Program-made: the position numbers and the translations under genes
The notes under the pieces: model-generated
The model's database searches: none
Told to the model about the DNA's origin: nothing
Seen by the model: the letters and a program-made list of their open reading frames with translations, nothing else
In this document: in pieces, positions 53,444 to 55,964 of the stretch
Position numbering within the stretch: position 1 is the first letter of the stretch
How the letters are laid out: every line of letters starts with the position of its first letter
DNA from: Oscillospiraceae bacterium
GTDB lineage: Bacteria > Bacillota > Clostridia > Oscillospirales > Oscillospiraceae
DNA: 55,964 nt
Assembly: GCA_017630495.1 (NCBI GenBank)
Contig: JAGBVD010000056.1
Location: 1-55,964, forward strand
Direction: 5' to 3'

Positions 53444-54541
53444 TTACCAAGCATTTCCAAGGGCATTGATCAGCGCAAGACTTTGTCTGCGGCTGGCATC
53501 GTGACCAAAGCTGACGCGGACCGTTCCGGTATCTAACGTTCCGGCACTTTCGTGGGCCAGCGGCGCGCAGTGAAGGCCTGCCCGCAGGGCAATATTTTTC
53601 CTTGCCAGCATTGCTGCTGTTTCTTCGCAATCGTCCTGAGTAACAAAGGAAATCGTTCCGCCCTGGTGCTCTCCGGCAAATACCCGAAACCCCATTTTTT
53701 CCAGCTTGTGGGCGCAGAACATGGCCTCTTTTTTCTCTTTTTGGGCAATGCTGTCCAGATCCGCCTGCAGCAAATATTCCAGCCCGGCGCTTAAGCCTGC
53801 GATCCCCGGCACATTCAACGTTCCTGCCTCCAGCGCATCCGGCAAAAAGTCCGGCATATTCTGATCCTTGGAATTGCTTCCCGTGCCACCGTAGATCAGC
53901 GGCTTCGGCTGACGGCTGCAAAGCAAAATACCGGTCCCCTGGGGACCTAAAAGACCTTTATGGCCGGGCATTGCGATAAAATCTGCGCCCAGTGCCTGAA
54001 AATCTATGGGAATCGTACCGGCAGATTGGGCCGCATCCACCACAAAGGCGACACCGTATTGCTTGCAAAGCTTTGCCATTTGCTCTATAGGCAAAATATA
54101 GCCAAAGACATTGGAAACGTGGGTAAACACCGCCGCATCCACGCCCCGGCGCAAAGCCATTTCAAATTCGCGCAGCGTATCACCCCAGTCAAAAAGCTTT
54201 CTGCCGGCCACGATGATCTCCGCGCCCTGTGCGTGGAGCGGACGGGTAACCGCGTTGTGCTCAAAACCGGAAATGACCACCCGGCTTCCCGGCTTAACCA
54301 GCGTTCTGATGGCGATATTTAGCGCGTGGGTGCAGTTGCTTGTGAACACCACCTGCTCCGGCTGACAGTGGAAAAGCTGCGCTGCTCGTTCCCGGCAGCG
54401 ATAAACCACATTTGCCGCCTCCATTGCTGCACCATAACCGCCTCTGCCCGGATTGGCGCAGGTAAACATCGCCCTGCGCACCGCGTCCGCCACACCCAAA
54501 GGTTTGTGAAAGGATGTGGCGCCGTTATCCAGATAGATCAT
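53444..54541 (-). CDS. Cysteine desulfurase-family aminotransferase class V
   Basis: IYLDNGATS, EHNAV, HVSNVFG, DAAQ, GHKGL.GP.G, RAGLHCAPLAH (catalytic Cys). Confidence 0.9.
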   Translation of the reverse strand: MIYLDNGATSFHKPLGVADAVRRAMFTCANPGRGGYGAAMEAANVVYRCRERAAQLFHCQPEQVVFTSNCTHALNIAIRTLVKPGSRVVISGFEHNAVTRPLHAQGAEIIVAGRKLFDWGDTLREFEMALRRGVDAAVFTHVSNVFGYILPIEQMAKLCKQYGVAFVVDAAQSAGTIPIDFQALGADFIAMPGHKGLLGPQGTGILLCSRQPKPLIYGGTGSNSKDQNMPDFLPDALEAGTLNVPGIAGLSAGLEYLLQADLDSIAQKEKKEAMFCAHKLEKMGFRVFAGEHQGGTISFVTQDDCEETAAMLARKNIALRAGLHCAPLAHESAGTLDTGTVRVSFGHDASRRQSLALINALGNAW

Positions 54542-54792
54542 ACTGCCAGTTCCTCCACGGTACCCTTCTCTTTCAAAAGGTACACTTTCCGGAAGGACAC
54601 AGCGTTTCTGTGCAGCAGTTCCACGCAGCGCATCACATCCGGGAATTTCACTCGCAAACTATAACCACAGCCCTGCTCCTCCATCCAACGGGGTGTGCGC
54701 TGTACATTACATTCAAAGCCCGCCCGGTGCAGTACGGATTCCGCCCTTTGGGCAGGTGTTACAGAACGAAAGGTAATCAAACAAAATTTCAT
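54538..54792 (-). CDS. DUF3343-type small protein (putative sulfur/selenium carrier)
   Basis: 84 aa; F.SVT.A, TPR....GCG motif; ATGA overlap with the desulfurase start. Confidence 0.75.
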   Translation of the reverse strand: MKFCLITFRSVTPAQRAESVLHRAGFECNVQRTPRWMEEQGCGYSLRVKFPDVMRCVELLHRNAVSFRKVYLLKEKGTVEELAV

Positions 54793-54842
54793 AAATATAA
54801 CCTCCCGGACCATTCTACGTCCGGGAGGTCGAAATTGTGTAA

Positions 54843-55298
54843 TTATTGACGAAGGATCTTCCAGCTGATATAGCCCAGTATAACACCTGCCAGATTGAGG
54901 ATCAAATCATCCACATCACAAGCACCCAAAAGGGTAAAATACTGTATTGTCTCTATCGCCAGGATCAGAACGAGCGCGCAAAGCACCGTTTTCCAAAAGG
55001 AACGAAGTCTTCTTGCTATATAGGGCAGAAAGAATCCCAAAGGCACAAACATAACCACATTGCCGACCAGATTCACCACTGCGTGGCGAAACAAATAGGC
55101 GCTGTCGCTGTTTTTTGCCATAGAAATGTACATTCGTATGGTCTTTAGCGGAATCAAATTGATACTGTCCGCTTGCTGTCCATAAACACCCGTACCCATA
55201 CGCTGTCCAAACAGCAGCCAAATCATAAGCGCGCCATAAACAAGGCAAGCCAGGCGCAGCAAAATTTGGCCCGGTGTGCGTTTTTCTTCTTTAGCCAT
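54843..55298 (-). CDS. VanZ-family membrane protein
   Basis: [31 protein letters not shown]. Start ATG 55298. Confidence 0.88.
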   Translation of the reverse strand: MAKEEKRTPGQILLRLACLVYGALMIWLLFGQRMGTGVYGQQADSINLIPLKTIRMYISMAKNSDSAYLFRHAVVNLVGNVVMFVPLGFFLPYIARRLRSFWKTVLCALVLILAIETIQYFTLLGACDVDDLILNLAGVILGYISWKILRQ

Positions 55299-55770
55299 TG
55301 GCTTCTTCCAAAAGGCAAACTGCGTGGCAGGACATACCGCTGCCATCGCCGGTAAAGCCAAGATGTTCCTCGGTGGTAGCCTTCACATTGACGCGGCCAA
55401 CATCGATCCCTAAAAAGGCCGCGATATTTTCGGTCATCTGGGGAATATAGTCCTTCAGCTTCGGTTTTTGGGCGATCATCGTGACATCGATGTTGCCGAT
55501 CCGGTAGCCGGCATTTGCAACTTTTTGCCCCACAATTTCCAGGAGTTTCCCCGAATCTGCCCCTTTATAGGCAGGATCGGTGTCCGGAAAGTGTCTGCCG
55601 ATATCCCCCAGAGCAGCCGCGCCCAGAAGGGCATCGGACACCGCGTGAAGCAGCACATCTGCGTCAGAATGACCATCCAGACCCAGCTCATAAGGAATGG
55701 TTACGCCTCCCAAAATCAGCGCTCTGCCGGGCACCAGTCGGTGAACATCGTATCCGTGTCCTATTCTCAT
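55291..55770 (-). CDS. ispF: 2-C-methyl-D-erythritol 2,4-cyclodiphosphate synthase
   Basis: [33 protein letters not shown]. Confidence 0.97.
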   Translation of the reverse strand: MRIGHGYDVHRLVPGRALILGGVTIPYELGLDGHSDADVLLHAVSDALLGAAALGDIGRHFPDTDPAYKGADSGKLLEIVGQKVANAGYRIGNIDVTMIAQKPKLKDYIPQMTENIAAFLGIDVGRVNVKATTEEHLGFTGDGSGMSCHAVCLLEEANG

Positions 55771-55964
55771 TTTTGTTCCTCCCATAACAGTTGGGCAATC
55801 TTCAAATCCATCGGTGTGGTTACCTTGATATTTCGCTCATCACCGGTAACGATCTTCACCGACATTCCTAAATTCTCCACAGCGCTGCAATCGTCCGTCA
55901 CCGCTGTGTTTTCCTTTTGCGCCTTTTGCAGTGCCGCCTGCAGCAGATCCACATCAAACACCTG
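55767..55964 (-). CDS. ispD: 2-C-methyl-D-erythritol 4-phosphate cytidylyltransferase, 3' part
   Basis: TDDCSAVE and NIKVTTP.DL C-terminal motifs; ATGA overlap with ispF; runs off the window. Confidence 0.9.
   Translation of the reverse strand, partial: QVFDVDLLQAALQKAQKENTAVTDDCSAVENLGMSVKIVTGDERNIKVTTPMDLKIAQLLWEEQK

Noticed and set aside
53444-54792. Selenocysteine/selenium utilisation system
   Set aside because: No in-frame TGA read-through candidates, selD, yedE/yedF or SECIS-like evidence in the window.

Overview
Mostly core chromosome of a Clostridia-class Firmicute. Gene order and protein style suggest Oscillospiraceae/Ruminococcaceae (inference). The left arm (+) carries miaB(partial)-mutS-CPBP-mutL-miaA-hfq and yggS-sepF-divIVA-[Ile T-box]-ileS. 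An accessory-looking block follows (metY, esterase, bile-salt-hydrolase-family enzyme, YgjV, acyltransferase-3, GNAT), ending in ~470 bp of nested repeats built from tRNA-Tyr 3'-end fragments beside tRNA-Tyr(GTA) and tRNA-Thr(TGT). The best candidate for an undescribed system is 18.6-28.4 kb, a DeoR-associated catabolic locus. It encodes a fused alpha/beta ThDP-dependent E1, a two-lipoyl E2 with no E3 in the window, a translationally coupled MBL hydrolase, divergent NagA-like and NagB-like enzymes, a stand-alone CBM9-like protein and an AEC transporter. A shared TATAACA/TGTTATA motif sits at three of its promoters. The rest is housekeeping: ackA, tmcAL, recD2, comF, an mreB paralogue, efp, an M24 peptidase, yqeG, the cdaA-to-rsgA minus-strand run, cysteine desulfurase/DUF3343, VanZ, ispF and ispD(partial). 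I see no integrase, transposase, prophage, rRNA or CRISPR array. Product calls come from motif recognition by eye; no database searches were run.
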